Below, one piece after another: positions 1-13,578 of a DNA stretch of 64,000 bases. Below the pieces are notes generated by a model that saw nothing but the letters and a program-made list of their open reading frames with translations, ran no database searches and was not told where the DNA came from. Positions within the stretch are counted from its first letter, which is position 1; every line of letters starts with the position of its first letter. The stretch is from Euglena gracilis. Its lineage: Eukaryota. The stretch covers positions 35,077,703 through 35,141,702 of the forward strand of contig CP154954.1 in assembly GCA_039621445.1 (NCBI GenBank), read 5' to 3'. The translations under genes and the position numbers were made by a program.

Positions 1-3000
1 TCATGAAACCAACGGGTCCCCTGACTTTGGAGGCCTCCTGGAACACCCATTCGGTAACTCGGAGTAAGGCCCAATTTGGTCCATTTTTACATGGTAACCT
101 GGGCTGACCTGGTAAATGTCCCCCGGAATGGTCGAATGCACCCATCTAATTCTGCTCATTTCTTGCAACCAACCTTCCGGCTGCATGTTCTTCTTACCAT
201 TAAACCACGACAATCATGAAACCAACGGGTCCCCTGACTTTGGGGGCCTCCTGGAACACACATTTGGTTACTCGGAGTAAGGCCGAATTTGGTCCATTTT
301 TACATGGTAACCTGGGCTGACCTGGTAAATGTCCCCGGAATGGTCGAATGCACCCATCTAAATGTGCTCATTTCTTGCAACCAACCTTCCGGCTGCATGT
401 TTTTCTTACCATTAAACCACGACAATCATGAAACCAACGGGTCCCCTGACTTTGGAGGCCTCCTGGAACACCCGTTCGGTAACTCGGAGTACGGCCCAAT
501 TTGGTCCATTTTTACATGGTAACCTGGGCTGACCTGGTAAATGTCCCCCGGAATGGTCGAATGCACCCATCTAAATCTGCTCATTTCTTGCAACCAACCT
601 TCCGGCTGCATGTTTTTCTTACCATTAAATCACGACAATCATGATACCAACGGGTCCCCTGACTTTGGAGGCCTCCTGGAACACCCATTCGGTAACTCGG
701 AGTAAGGCCCAATTTGGTCCATTTTTACATGGTAACCTGGGCTGACCTGGTAAATGTCCCCCGGAATGGTCGAATGCACCCATCTAAATCTGCTCATTTC
801 TTGCAACCAACCTTCCGGCTGCATGTTTTTCTTACCATTAAACCACGACAATCATGAAACCAACGGGTCCCCTGACTTTGGAGGCCTCCTGGAACACCCA
901 TTCGGTTACTCGGAGTAAGGCCCAATTTGGTCCATTTTTACATGGTAACCTGGGCTGACCTGGTAAATGTCCCCCGGAATGGTCGAATGCACCCATCTAA
1001 ATCTGCTCATTTTTTGCAACCAACATTCCCGCTGCATGTTTTTCTTACCATTAAACCACGACAATCATGAAACCAACGGGTCCCCTGACTTTGGAGGCCT
1101 CCTGGAACACCCATTCGGTTACTCGGAGTAAGGCCCAATTTGGTCCATTTTTACATGGTAACCTGGGCTGACCTGGTAAATGTCCCCCGGAATGGTCGAA
1201 TGCACCCATCTAAATCTGCTCATTTCTTGCAACCAACCTTCCGGCTGCATGTTTTCTTACCATTAAACCACGACAATCATGAAACCAACGGGTCCCCTGA
1301 CTTTGGAGGCCTCCTGGAACACCCATTCGGTTACTCGGAGTAAGGCCCAATTTGGTCCATTTTTACATGGTAACCTGGGCTGACCTGGTAAATGTCCCCC
1401 GGAATGGTCGAATGCACCCATCTAAATCTGCTCATTTCTTGCAACCAACCTTCCGGCTGCATGTTTTTCTTACCATTAAACCACGACAATCATGAAACCA
1501 ACGGGTCCCCTGACTTTGGAGGCCTCCTGGAACACCCATTCGGTTACTCGGAGTAAGGCCCAATTTGGTCCATTTTTACATGGTAACCTGGGCTGACCTG
1601 GTAAATGTCCCCCGGAATGGTCGAATGCACCCATCTAAATCTGCTCATTTCTTGCAACCAACCTTCCGGCTGCATGTTTTTCTTACCATTAAACCACGAC
1701 AATCATGAAACCAACGGGTCCCCTGACTTTGGAGGCCTCCTGGAACACCCATTCGGTTACTCGGAGTAAGGCCCAATTTGGTCCATTTTTACATGGTAAC
1801 CTGGGCTGACCTGGTAAATGTCCCCCGGAATGGTCGAATGCACCCATCTAAATCTGCTCATTTCTTGCAACCAACCTTCCCGCTGCATGTTTTTCTTACC
1901 ATTAAACCACGACAATCATGAAACCAACGGGTCCCCTGACTTTGGAGGCCTCCTGGAACACCCATTCGGTAACTCGGAGTAAGGCCCAATTTGGTCCATT
2001 TTTACATGGTAACCTGGGCTGACCTGGTAAATGTCCCCCGGAATGGTCGAATGCACCCATCTAAATCTGCTCATTTCTTGCAACCAACATTCACACATGT
2101 TTTTCTTACCATTAAACCACGACAATCATGAAACCAACGGGTCCCCTGACTTTGGAGGCCTCCTGGAACACCCATTCGGTTACTCGGAGTAAGGCCCAAT
2201 TTGGTCCATTTTTACATGGTAACCTGGGCTGACCTGGTAAATGTCCCCCGGAATGGTCGAATGCACCCATCTAAATCTGCTCATTTCTTGCAACCAACCT
2301 TCCGGCTGCATGTTTTTCTTACCATTAAACCACGACAATCATGAAACCAACGGGTCCCCTGACTTTGGAGGCCTCCTGGAACACCCATTCGGTTACTCGG
2401 AGTAAGGCCCAATTTGGTCCATTTTTACATGGTAACCTGGTAAATGTCCCCCGGAATGGTCGAATGCACCCATCTAAATCTGCTCATTTCTTGCAACCGA
2501 CATTCCCGCTGCATGTTTTTCTTACCATTAAACCACGACAATCATGAAACCAACGGGTCCCCTGACTTTGGAGGCCTCCTGGAACACCCATTCGGTTACT
2601 CGGAGTAAGGCCCAATTTGGTCCATTTTTACATGGTAACCTGGGCTGACCTGGTAAATGTCCCCCGGAATGGTCGAATGCACCCATCTAAATCTGCTCAT
2701 TTCTTGCAACCAACCTTCCGGCTGCATGTTTTTCTTACCATTAAACCACGACAATCATGAAACCAACGGGTCCCCTGACTTTGGAGGCCTCCTGGAACAC
2801 CCATTCGGTTACTCGGAGTAAGGCCCAATTTGGTCCATTTTTACATGGTAACCTGGGCTGACCTGGTAAATGTCCCCCGGAATGGTCGAATGCACCCATC
2901 TAAATCTGCTCATTTCTTGCAACCAACATTCCGGCTGCATGTCTTTCTTACCATTAAACCACGACAATCATGAAACCAACGGGTCCCCTGACTTTGGAGG

Positions 3001-3577
3001 CCTCCTGGAACACCCATTCGGTTACTCGGAGTAAGGCCCAATTTGGTCCATTTTTACATGGTAACCTGGGCTGACCTGGTAAATGTCCCCCGGAATGGTC
3101 GAATGCACCCATCTAAATGTGCTCATTTCTTGCAACCAACATTCCCGCTGCATGCTTTTCTTACCACTAAACCACGACAATCATGAAACCAACGGGTCCC
3201 CTGACTTTGGAGGCCTCCTGGAACACCCATTCGGTAACTCGGAGTAAGGCCCAATTTGGTCCATTTTTACATGGTAACCTGGGCTGACCTGGTAAATGTC
3301 CCCCGGAATGGTCGAATGCACCCATCTAAATCTGCTCATTTCTTGCAACCAACATTCCTGCTGCATGTTTTTCTTACCATTAAACCACGACAATCATGAA
3401 ACCAACGGGTCCCCTGACTTTGGAGGCCTCCTGGAACACCCATTCGGTTACTCGGAGTAAGGCCCAATTTGGTCCATTTTTACATGGTAACCTGGGCTGA
3501 CCTGGTAAATGTCCCCCGGAATGGTCGAATGCACCCATCTAAATCTGCTCATTTCTTGCAACCAACATTCTGGCTGC

Positions 3578-3653
3578 TCCTGATGGGCTGGGTGTCCGAG
3601 AGGTCGGTCCTGGAAGCGATGCCCACGGCCAAGCTAAGGCAGGCCCAGCTGTC
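3578..3653 (+). other. 76-bp foreign GC-rich insertion in a 213-bp monomer, copy 1 (monomer becomes 288 bp)
   Basis: TCCTGATGGGCTGGGTG...GGCCCAGCTGTC replaces the A of GCTGC-A-TGTTTT. TCATGA-to-TCATGA spacing is 288 (3394 to 3682). Confidence 0.95.
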
Positions 3654-5141
3654 TGTTTTTCTTACCATTAATCCACGACAATCATGAAACCAACGGGTCC
3701 CCTGACTTTGGAGGCCTCCTGGAACACCCATTCGGTTACTCGGAGTAAGGCCCAATTTGGTCCATTTTTACATGGTAACCTGGGCTGACCTGGTAAATGT
3801 CCCCCGGAATGGTCGAATGCACCCATCTAAATCTGCTCATTTCTTGCAACCAACCTTCCCGCTGCATGTTTTTCTTACCATTAAACCACGACAATCATGA
3901 AACCAACGGGTCCCCTGACTTTGGAGGCCTCCTGGAACACCCATTCGGTTACTCGGAGTAAGGCCCAATTTGGTCCATTTTTACATGGTAACCTGGGCTG
4001 ACCTGGTAAATGTCCCCCGGAATGGTCGAATGCACCCATCTAAATCTGCTCATTTCTTGCAACCAACCTTCCGGCTGCATGTTTTTTCTTACCATTAAAC
4101 CACGACAATCATGAAACCAACGGGTCCCCTGACTTTGGAGGCCTCCTGGAACACCCATTCGGTTACTCGGAGTAAGGCCCAATTTGGTCCATTTTTACAT
4201 GGTAACCTGGGCTGACCTGGTAAATGTCCCCCGGAATGGTCGAATGCACCCATCTAAATGTGCTCATTTCTTGCAACCAACATTCACACATGTTTTTCTT
4301 ACCATTAAACCACGACAATCATGAAACCAACGGGTCCCCTGACTTTGGAGGCCTCCTGGAACACCCATTCGGTTACTCGGAGTAAGGCCCAATTTGGTCC
4401 ATTTTTACATGGTAACCTGGGCTGACCTGGTAAATGTCCCCCGGAATGGTCGAATGCACCCATCTAAATCTGCTCATTTCTTGCAACCAACCTTCCGGCT
4501 GCATGTTTTTCTTACCATTAAACCACGACAATCATGAAACCAACGGGTCCCCTGACTTTGGAGGCCTCCTGGAACACCCATTCGGTTACTCGGAGTAAGG
4601 CCCAATTTGGTCCATTTTTACATGGTAACCTGGGCTGACCTGGTAAATGTCCCCCGGAATGGTCGAATGCACCCATCTAAATGTGCTCATTTCTTGCAAC
4701 CAACATTCCCGCTGCATGTTTTTCTTACCATTAAACCACGACAATCATGAAACCAACGGGTCCCCTGACTTTGGAGGCCTCCTGGAACACCCATTCGGTT
4801 ACTCGGAGTAAGGCCCAATTTGGTCCATTTTTACATGGTAACCTGGGCTGACCTGGTAAATGTCCCCCGGAATGGTCGAATGCACCCATCTAAATCTGCT
4901 CATTTCTTGCAACCAACATTCCTGCTGCATGTTTTTCTTACCATTAAACCACGACAATCATGAAACCAACGGGTCCCCTGACTTTGGAGGCCTCCTGGAA
5001 CACCCATTCGGTTACTCGGAGTAAGGCCCAATTTGGTCCATTTTTACATGGTAACCTGGGCTGACCTGGTAAATGTCCCCCGGAATGGTCGAATGCACCC
5101 ATCTAAATCTGCTCATTTCTTGCAACCAACATTCTGGCTGC

Positions 5142-5217
5142 TCCTGATGGGCTGGGTGTCCGAGAGGTCGGTCCTGGAAGCGATGCCCACGGCCAAGCTA
5201 AGGCAGGCCCAGCTGTC
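5142..5217 (+). other. 76-bp foreign insertion, copy 2 (identical; part of a 1564-bp, 7-monomer duplication)
   Basis: Same sequence and same flanking variants (upstream AACATTCCTGCTGC monomer, downstream ATTAATCC) 1564 bp downstream of copy 1. Confidence 0.95.
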
Positions 5218-8200
5218 TGTTTTTCTTACCATTAATCCACGACAATCATGAAACCAACGGGTCCCCTGACTTTGGAGGCCTCCTGGAACACCCATTCGGT
5301 TACTCGGAGTAAGGCCCAATTTGGTCCATTTTTACATGGTAACCTGGGCTGACCTGGTAAATGTCCCCCGGAATGGTCGAATGCACCCATCTAAATCTGC
5401 TCATTTCTTGCAACCAACCTTCCCGCTGCATGTTTTTCTTACCATTAAACCACGACAATCATGAAACCAACGGGTCCCCTGACTTTGGAGGCCTCCTGGA
5501 ACACCCATTCGGTTACTCGGAGTAAGGCCCAATTTGGTCCATTTTTACATGGTAACCTGGGCTGACCTGGTAAATGTCCCCCGGAATGGTCGAATGCACC
5601 CATCTAAATCTGCTCATTTCTTGCAACCAACCTTCCCGCTGCATGTTTTTCTTACCATTAAACCACGACAATCATGAAACCAACGGGTCCCCTGACTTTG
5701 GAGGCCTCCTGGAACACCCATTCGGTTACTCGGAGTAAGGCCCAATTTGGTCCATTTTTACATGGTAACCTGGGCTGACCTGGTAAATGTCCCCCGGAAT
5801 GGTCGAATGCACCCATCTAAATGTGCTCATTTCTTGCAACCAACCTTACCGCTGCATGTTTTTCTTACCATTAAACCACGACAATCATGAAACCAACGGG
5901 TCCCCTGACTTTGGAGGCCTCCTGGAACACCCATTCGGTTACTCGGAGTAAGGCCCAATTTGGTCCATTTTTACATGGTAACCTGGGCTGACCTGGTAAA
6001 TGTCCCCCGGAATGGTCGAATGCACCCATCTAAATCTGCTCATTTCTTGCAACCAACCTTCCGGCTGCATGTTTTTCTTACCATTAAACCACGACAATCA
6101 TGAAACCAACGGGTCCCCTGACTTTGGAGGCCTCCTGGAACACCCATTCGGTTACTCGGAGTAAGGCCCAATTTGGTCCATTTTTACATGGTAACCTGGG
6201 CTGACCTGGTAAATGTCCCCCGGAATGGTCGAATGCACCCATCTAAATGTGCTCATTTCTTGCAACCAACATTCCCGCTGCATGTTTTTCTTACCATTAA
6301 ACCACGACAATCATGAAACCAACGGGTCCCCTGACTTTGGAGGCCTCCTGGAACACCCATTCGGTTACTCGGAGTAAGGCCCAATTTGGTCCATTTTTAC
6401 ATGGTAACCTGGGCTGACCTGGTAAATGTCCCCCGGAATGGTCGAATGCACCCATCTAAATCTGCTCATTTCTTGCAACCAACATTCCCGGCTGCATGTT
6501 TTTCTTACCATTAAACCACGACAATCATGAAACCAACGGGTCCCCTGACTTTGGAGGCCTCCTGGAACACCCATTCGGTTACTCGGAGTAAGGCCCAATT
6601 TGGTCCATTTTTACATGGTAACCTGGGCTGACCTGGTAAATGTCCCCCGGAATGGTCGAATGCACCCATCTAAATGTGCTCATTTCTTGCAACCAACCTT
6701 CCGGCTGCATGTTTTTCTTACCATTAAACCACGACAATCATGAAACCAACGGGTCCCCTGACTTTGGAGGCCTCCTGGAACACCCATTCGGTTACTCGGA
6801 GTAAGGCCCAATTTGGTCCATTTTTACATGGTAACCTGGGCTGACCTGGTAAATGTCCCCGGAATGGTCGAATGCACCCATCTAAATCTGCTCATTTCTT
6901 GCAACCAACATTCCGCTGCATGTTTTTCTTACCATTAAACCACGACAATCATGAAACCAACGGGTCCCCTGACTTTGGAGGCCTCCTGGAACACCCATTC
7001 GGTTACTCGGAGTAAGGCCCAATTTGGTCCATTTTTACATGGTAACCTGGGCTGACCTGGTAAATGTCCCCCGGAATGGTCGAATGCACCCATCTAAATG
7101 TGCTCATTTCTTGCAACCAACATTCCGGCTGCATGTTTTTCTTACCATTAAACCACGACAATCATGAAACCAACGGGTCCCCTGACTTTGGAGGCCTCCT
7201 GGAACACCCATTCGGTTACTCGGAGTAAGGCCCAATTTGGTCCATTTTTACATGGTAACCTGGGCTGACCTGGTAAATGTCCCCCGGAATGGTCGAATGC
7301 ACCCATCTAAATGTGCTCATTTCTTGCAACCAACCTTCCGGCTGCATGTTTTTCTTACCATTAAACCACGACAATCATGAAACCAACGGGTCCCCTGACT
7401 TTGGAGGCCTCCTGGAACACCCATTCGGTTACTCGGAGTAAGGCCCAATTTGGTCCATTTTTACATGGTAACCTGGGCTGACCTGGTAAATGTCCCCCGG
7501 AATGGTCGAATGCACCCATCTAAATCTGCTCATTTCTTGCAACCAACCTTCCGGCTGCATGTTTTTCTTACCATTAAACCACGACAATCATGAAAACAAC
7601 GGGTCCCCTGACTTTGGAGGCCTCCTGGAACACCCATTCAGGTACTCGGAGTAAGGCCCAATTTGGTCCATTTTTACATGGTAACCTGGGCTGACCTGGT
7701 AAATGTCCCCCGGAATGGTCGAATGCACCCATCTAAATCTGCTCATTTCTTGCAACCAACCTTCCGGCTGCATGTTTTTCTTACCATTAAACCACGACAA
7801 TCATGAAACCAACGGGTCCCCTGACTTTGGAGGCCTCCTGGAACACCCATTCGGTTACTCGGAGTAAGGCCCAATTTGGTCCATTTTTACATGGTAACCT
7901 GGGCTGACCTGGTAAATGTCCCCCGGAATGGTCGAATGCACCCATCTAAATCTGCTCATTTCTTGCAACCAACCTTCCGGCTGCATGTTTTTCTTACCAT
8001 TAAACCACGACAATCATGAAACCAACGGGTCCCCTGACTTTGGAGGCCTCCTGGAACACCCATTCGGTTACTCGGAGTAAGGCCCAATTTGGTCCATTTT
8101 TACATGGTAACCTGGGCTGACCTGGTAAATGTCCCCCGGAATGGTCGAATGCACCCATCTAAATCTGCTCATTTCTTGCAACCAACATTCCCGCTGCATG

Positions 8201-11200
8201 TTTTTCTTACCATTAAACCACGACAATCATGAAACCAACGGGTCCCCTGACTTTGGAGGCCTCCTGGAACACCCATTCGGTTACTCGGAGTAAGGCCCAA
8301 TTTGGTCCATTTTTACATGGTAACCTGGGCTGACCTGGTAAATGTCCCCCGGAATGGTCGAATGCACCCATCTAAATGTGCTCATTTCTTGCAACCAACA
8401 TTCCCGCTGCATGTTTTTCTTACCATTAAACCACGACAATCATGAAACCAACGGGTCCCCTGACTTTGGAGGCCTCCTGGAACACCCATTCGGTTACTCG
8501 GAGTAAGGCCCAATTTGGTCCATTTTTACATGGTAACCTGGGCTGACCTGGTAAATGTCCCCCGGAATGGTCGAATGCACCCATCTAAATGTGCTCATTT
8601 CTTGCAACCAACATTCCCGCTGCATGTTTTTCTTACCATTAAACCACGACAATCATGAAACCAACGGGTCCCCTGACTTTGGAGGCCTCCTGGAACACCC
8701 ATTCGGTTACTCGGAGTAAGGCCCAATTTGGTCCATTTTTACATGGTAACCTGGGCTGACCTGGTAAATGTCCCCCGGAATGGTCGAATGCACCCATCTA
8801 AATCTGCTCATTTCTTGCAACCAACCTTCCGGCTGCATGTTTTTCTTACCATTAAACCACGACAATCATGAAACCAACGGGTCCCCTGACTTTGGAGGCC
8901 TCCTGGAACACCCATTCGGTTACTCGGAGTAAGGCCCAATTTGGTCCATTTTTACATGGTAACCTGGGCTGACCTGGTAAATGTCCCCCGGAATGGTCGA
9001 ATGCACCCATCTAAATCTGCTCATTTCTTGCAACCAACCTTCCGGCTGCATGTTTTTCTTACCATTAAACCACGACAATCATGAAACCAACGGGTCCCCT
9101 GACTTTGGAGGCCTCCTGGAACACCCATTCGGTTACTCGGAGTAAGGCCCAATTTGGTCCATTTTTACATGGTAACCTGGGCTGACCTGGTAAATGTCCC
9201 CCGGAATGGTCGAATGCACCCATCTAAATCTGCTCATTTCTTGCAACCAACCTTCCGGCTGCATGTTTTTCTTACCATTAAACCACGACAATCATGAAAC
9301 CAACGGGTCCCCTGACTTTGGAGGCCTCCTGGAACACCCATTCGGTTACTCGGAGTAAGGCCCAATTTGGTCCATTTTTACATGGTAACCTGGGCTGACC
9401 TGGTAAATGTCCCCCGGAATGGTCGAATGCACCCATCTAAATGTGCTCATTTCTTGCAACCAACCTTCCCGCTGCATGTTTTTCTTACCATTAAACCACG
9501 ACAATCATGAAACCAACGGGTCCCCTGACTTTGGAGGCCTCCTGGAACACCCATTCGGTTACTCGGAGTAAGGCCCAATTTGGTCCATTTTACATGGTAA
9601 CCTGGGCTGACCTGGTAAATGTCCCCCGGAATGGTCGAATGCACCCATCTAAATCTGCTCATTTCTTGCAACCAACATTCCCGCTGCATGTTTTCTTACC
9701 ATTAAACCACGACAATCATGAAACCAACGGGTCCCCTGACTTTGGAGGCCTCCTGGAACACCCATTCGGTTACTCGGAGTAAGGCCCAATTTGGTCCATT
9801 TTTACATGGTAACCTGGGCTGACCTGGTAAATGTCCCCCGGAATGGTCGAATGCACCCATCTAAATGTGCTCATTTCTTGCAACCAACCTTCCCGCTGCA
9901 TGTTTTTCTTACCATTAAACCACGACAATCATGAAACCAACGGGTCCCCTGACTTTGGAGGCCTCCTGGAACACCCATTCGGTTACTCGGAGTAAGGCCC
10001 AATTTGGTCCATTTTTACATGGTAACCTGGGCTGACCTGGTAAATGTCCCCCGGAATGGTCGAATGCACCCATCTAAATGTGCTCATTTCTTGCAACCAA
10101 CATGCCCCGCTGCATGTTTCTCTTCCCATTAAACCACGACAATCATGGGACCAACGGGTCCCCTGACTTTGGAGGCCTCCTGGAACACCCATTCGGTTAC
10201 TCGGAGTAAGGCCCAATTTGGTCCATTTTTACATGGTAACCTGGGCTGACCTGGTAAATGTCCCCCGGAATGGTCGAATGCACCCATCTAAATGTGCTCA
10301 TTTCTTGCAACCAACCTTCCGGCTGCATGTTTTTCTTACCATTAAACCACGACAATCATGAAACCAACGGGTCCCCTGACTTTGGAGGCCTCCTGGAACA
10401 CCCATTCGGTTACTCGGAGTAAGGCCCAATTTGGTCCATTTTTACATGGTAACCTGGGCTGACCTGGTAAATGTCCCCCGGAATGGTCGAATGCACCCAT
10501 CTAAATGTGCTCATTTCTTGCAACCAACATTCCGCTGCATGTTTTTCTTACCATTAAACCACGACAATCATGAAACCAACGGGTCCCCTGACTTTGGAGG
10601 CCTCCTGGAACACCCATTCGGTTACTCGGAGTAAGGCCCAATTTGGTCCATTTTTACATGGTAACCTGGGCTGACCTGGTAAATGTCCCCCGGAATGGTC
10701 GAATGCACCCATCTAAATGTGCTCATTTCTTGCAACCAACATTCCCGCTGCATGTTTTTCTTACCATTAAACCACGACAATCATGAAACCAACGGGTCCC
10801 CTGACTTTGGAGGCCTCCTGGAACACCCATTCGGTTACTCGGAGTAAGGCCCAATTTGGTCCATTTTTACATGGTAACCTGGGCTGACCTGGTAAATGTC
10901 CCCCGGAATGGTCGAATGCACCCATCTAAATGTGCTCATTTCTTGCAACCAACCTTCCCGCTGCATGTTTTTCTTACCATTAAACCACGACAATCATGAA
11001 ACCAACGGGTCCCCTGACTTTGGAGGCCTCCTGGAACACCCATTCGGTTACTCGGAGTAAGGCCCAATTTGGTCCATTTTTACATGGTAACCTGGGCTGA
11101 CCTGGTAAATGTCCCCCGGAATGGTCGAATGCACCCATCTAAATGTGCTCATTTCTTGCAACCAACATTCCCGCTGCATGTTTTTCTTACCATTAAACCA

Positions 11201-13578
11201 CGACAATCATGAAACCAACGGGTCCCCTGACTTTGGAGGCCTCCTGGAACACCCATTCGGTTACTCGGAGTAAGGCCCAATTTGGTCCATTTTTACATGG
11301 TAACCTGGGCTGACCTGGTAAATGTCCCCCGGAATGGTCGAATGCACCCATCTAAATGTGCTCATTTCTTGCAACCAACATTCCCGCTGCATGTTTTTCT
11401 TACCATTAAACCACGACAATCATGAAACCAACGGGTCCCCTGACTTTGGAGGCCTCCTGGAACACCCATTCGGTTACTCGGAGTAAGGCCCAATTTGGTC
11501 CATTTTTACATGGTAACCTGGGCTGACCTGGTAAATGTCCCCCGGAATGGTCGAATGCACCCATCTAAATGTGCTCATTTCTTGCAACCAACATTCCCGC
11601 TGCATGTTTTTCTTACCATTAAACCACGACAATCATGAAACCAACGGGTCCCCTGACTTTGGAGGCCTCCTGGAACACCCATTCGTTAACTCGGAGTAAG
11701 GCCCAATTTGGTCCATTTTTACATGGTAACCTGGGCTGACCTGGTAAATGTCCCCCGGAATGGTCGAATGCACCCATCTAAATGTGCTCATTTCTTGCAA
11801 CCAACATTCCCGCTGCATGTTTTTCTTACCATTAAACCACGACAATCATGAAACCAACGGGTCCCCTGACTTTGGAGGCCTCCTGGAACACCCATTCGGT
11901 TACTCGGAGTAAGGCCCAATTTGGTCCATTTTTACATGGTAACCTGGGCTGACCTGGTAAATGTCCCCCGGAATGGTCGAATGCACCCATCTAAATGCTC
12001 ATTTCTTGCAACCAACATTCCCGCTGCATGTTTTTCTTACCATTAAACCACGACAATCATGAAACCAACGGGTCCCCTGACTTTGGAGGCCTCCTGGAAC
12101 ACCCATTCGGTTACTCGGAGTAAGGCCCAATTTGGTCCATTTTACATGGTAACCTGGGCTGACCTGGTAAATGTCCCCCGGAATGGTCGAATGCACCCAT
12201 CTAAATGTGCTCATTTCTTGCAACCAACATTCCCGCTGCATGTTTTTCTTACCATTAAACCACGACAATCATGAAACCAACGGGTCCCCTGACTTTGGAG
12301 GCCTCCTGGAACACCCATTCGGTTACTCGGAGTAAGGCCCAATTTGGTCCATTTTTACATGGTAACCTGGGCTGACCTGGTAAATGTCCCCCGGAATGGT
12401 CGAATGCACCCATCTAAATGTGCTCATTTCTTGCAACCAACATTCCCGCTGCATGTTTTTCTTACCATTAAACCACGACAATCATGAAACCAACGGGTCC
12501 CCTGACTTTGGAGGCCTCCTGGAACACCCATTCGGTTACTCGGAGTAAGGCCCAATTTGGTCCATTTTTACATGGTAACCTGGGCTGACCTGGTAAATGT
12601 CCCCCGGAATGGTCGAATGCACCCATCTAAATGCTCATTTCTTGCAACCAACATTCCCGCTGCATGTTTTTCTTACCATTAAACCACGACAATCATGAAA
12701 CCAACGGGTCCCCTGACTTTGGAGGCCTCCTGGAACACCCATTCGGTTACTCGGAGTAAGGCCCAATTTGGTCCATTTTTACATGGTAACCTGGGCTGAC
12801 CTGGTAAATGTCCCCCGGAATGGTCGAATGCACCCATCTAAATCTGCTCATTTCTTGCAACCAACATTCCCGCTGCATGTTTTTCTTACCATTAAACCAC
12901 GACAATCATGAAACCAACGGGTCCCCTGACTTTGGAGGCCTCCTGGAACACCCATTCGGTTACTCGGAGTAAGGCCCAATTTGGTCCATTTTTACATGGT
13001 AACCTGGGCTGACCTGTAAATGTCCCCCGGAATGGTCGAATGCACCCATCTAAATGTGCTCATTTCTTGCAACCAACATTCCCGCTGCATGTTTTTCTTA
13101 CCATTAAACCACGACAATCATGAAACCAACGGGTCCCCTGACTTTGGAGGCCTCCTGGAACACCCATTCGGTTACTCGGAGTAAGGCCCAATTTGGTCCA
13201 TTTTTACATGGTAACCTGGGCTGACCTGGTAAATGTCCCCCGGAATGGTCGAATGCACCCATCTAAATGTGCACATTTCTTGCAACCAACATTCCCGCTG
13301 CATGTTTTTCTTACCATTAAACCACGACAATCATGAAACCAACGGGTCCCCTGACTTTGGAGTCCTCCTGGAACACCCATTCGGTTACTCGGAGTAAGGC
13401 CCAATTTGGTCCATTTTTACATGGTAACCTGGGCTGACCTGGTAAATGTCCCCCGGAATGGTCGAATGCACCCATCTAAATGTGCTCATTTCTTGCAACC
13501 AACATTCCCGCTGCATGTTTTTCTTACCATTAAACCACGACATTCATGAAACCAACGGGTCCCCTGACTTTGGGGCCT

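Larger units (their letters stand above)
1..13578 (+). repeat. 213-bp satellite array, block 1 (~63 monomers; continues off the left edge)
   Basis: The monomer TCATGAAACCAACGGGTCCCCTGACTTTGGAGGCCTCCTGGAACACCCATTCGGTTACTCGGAGTAAGGCCCAATTTGGTCC...ACCATTAAACCACGACAA recurs every ~213 bp with only a few differences. The block ends at ...GACTTTGGGGCCT (13578). Confidence 0.99.
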
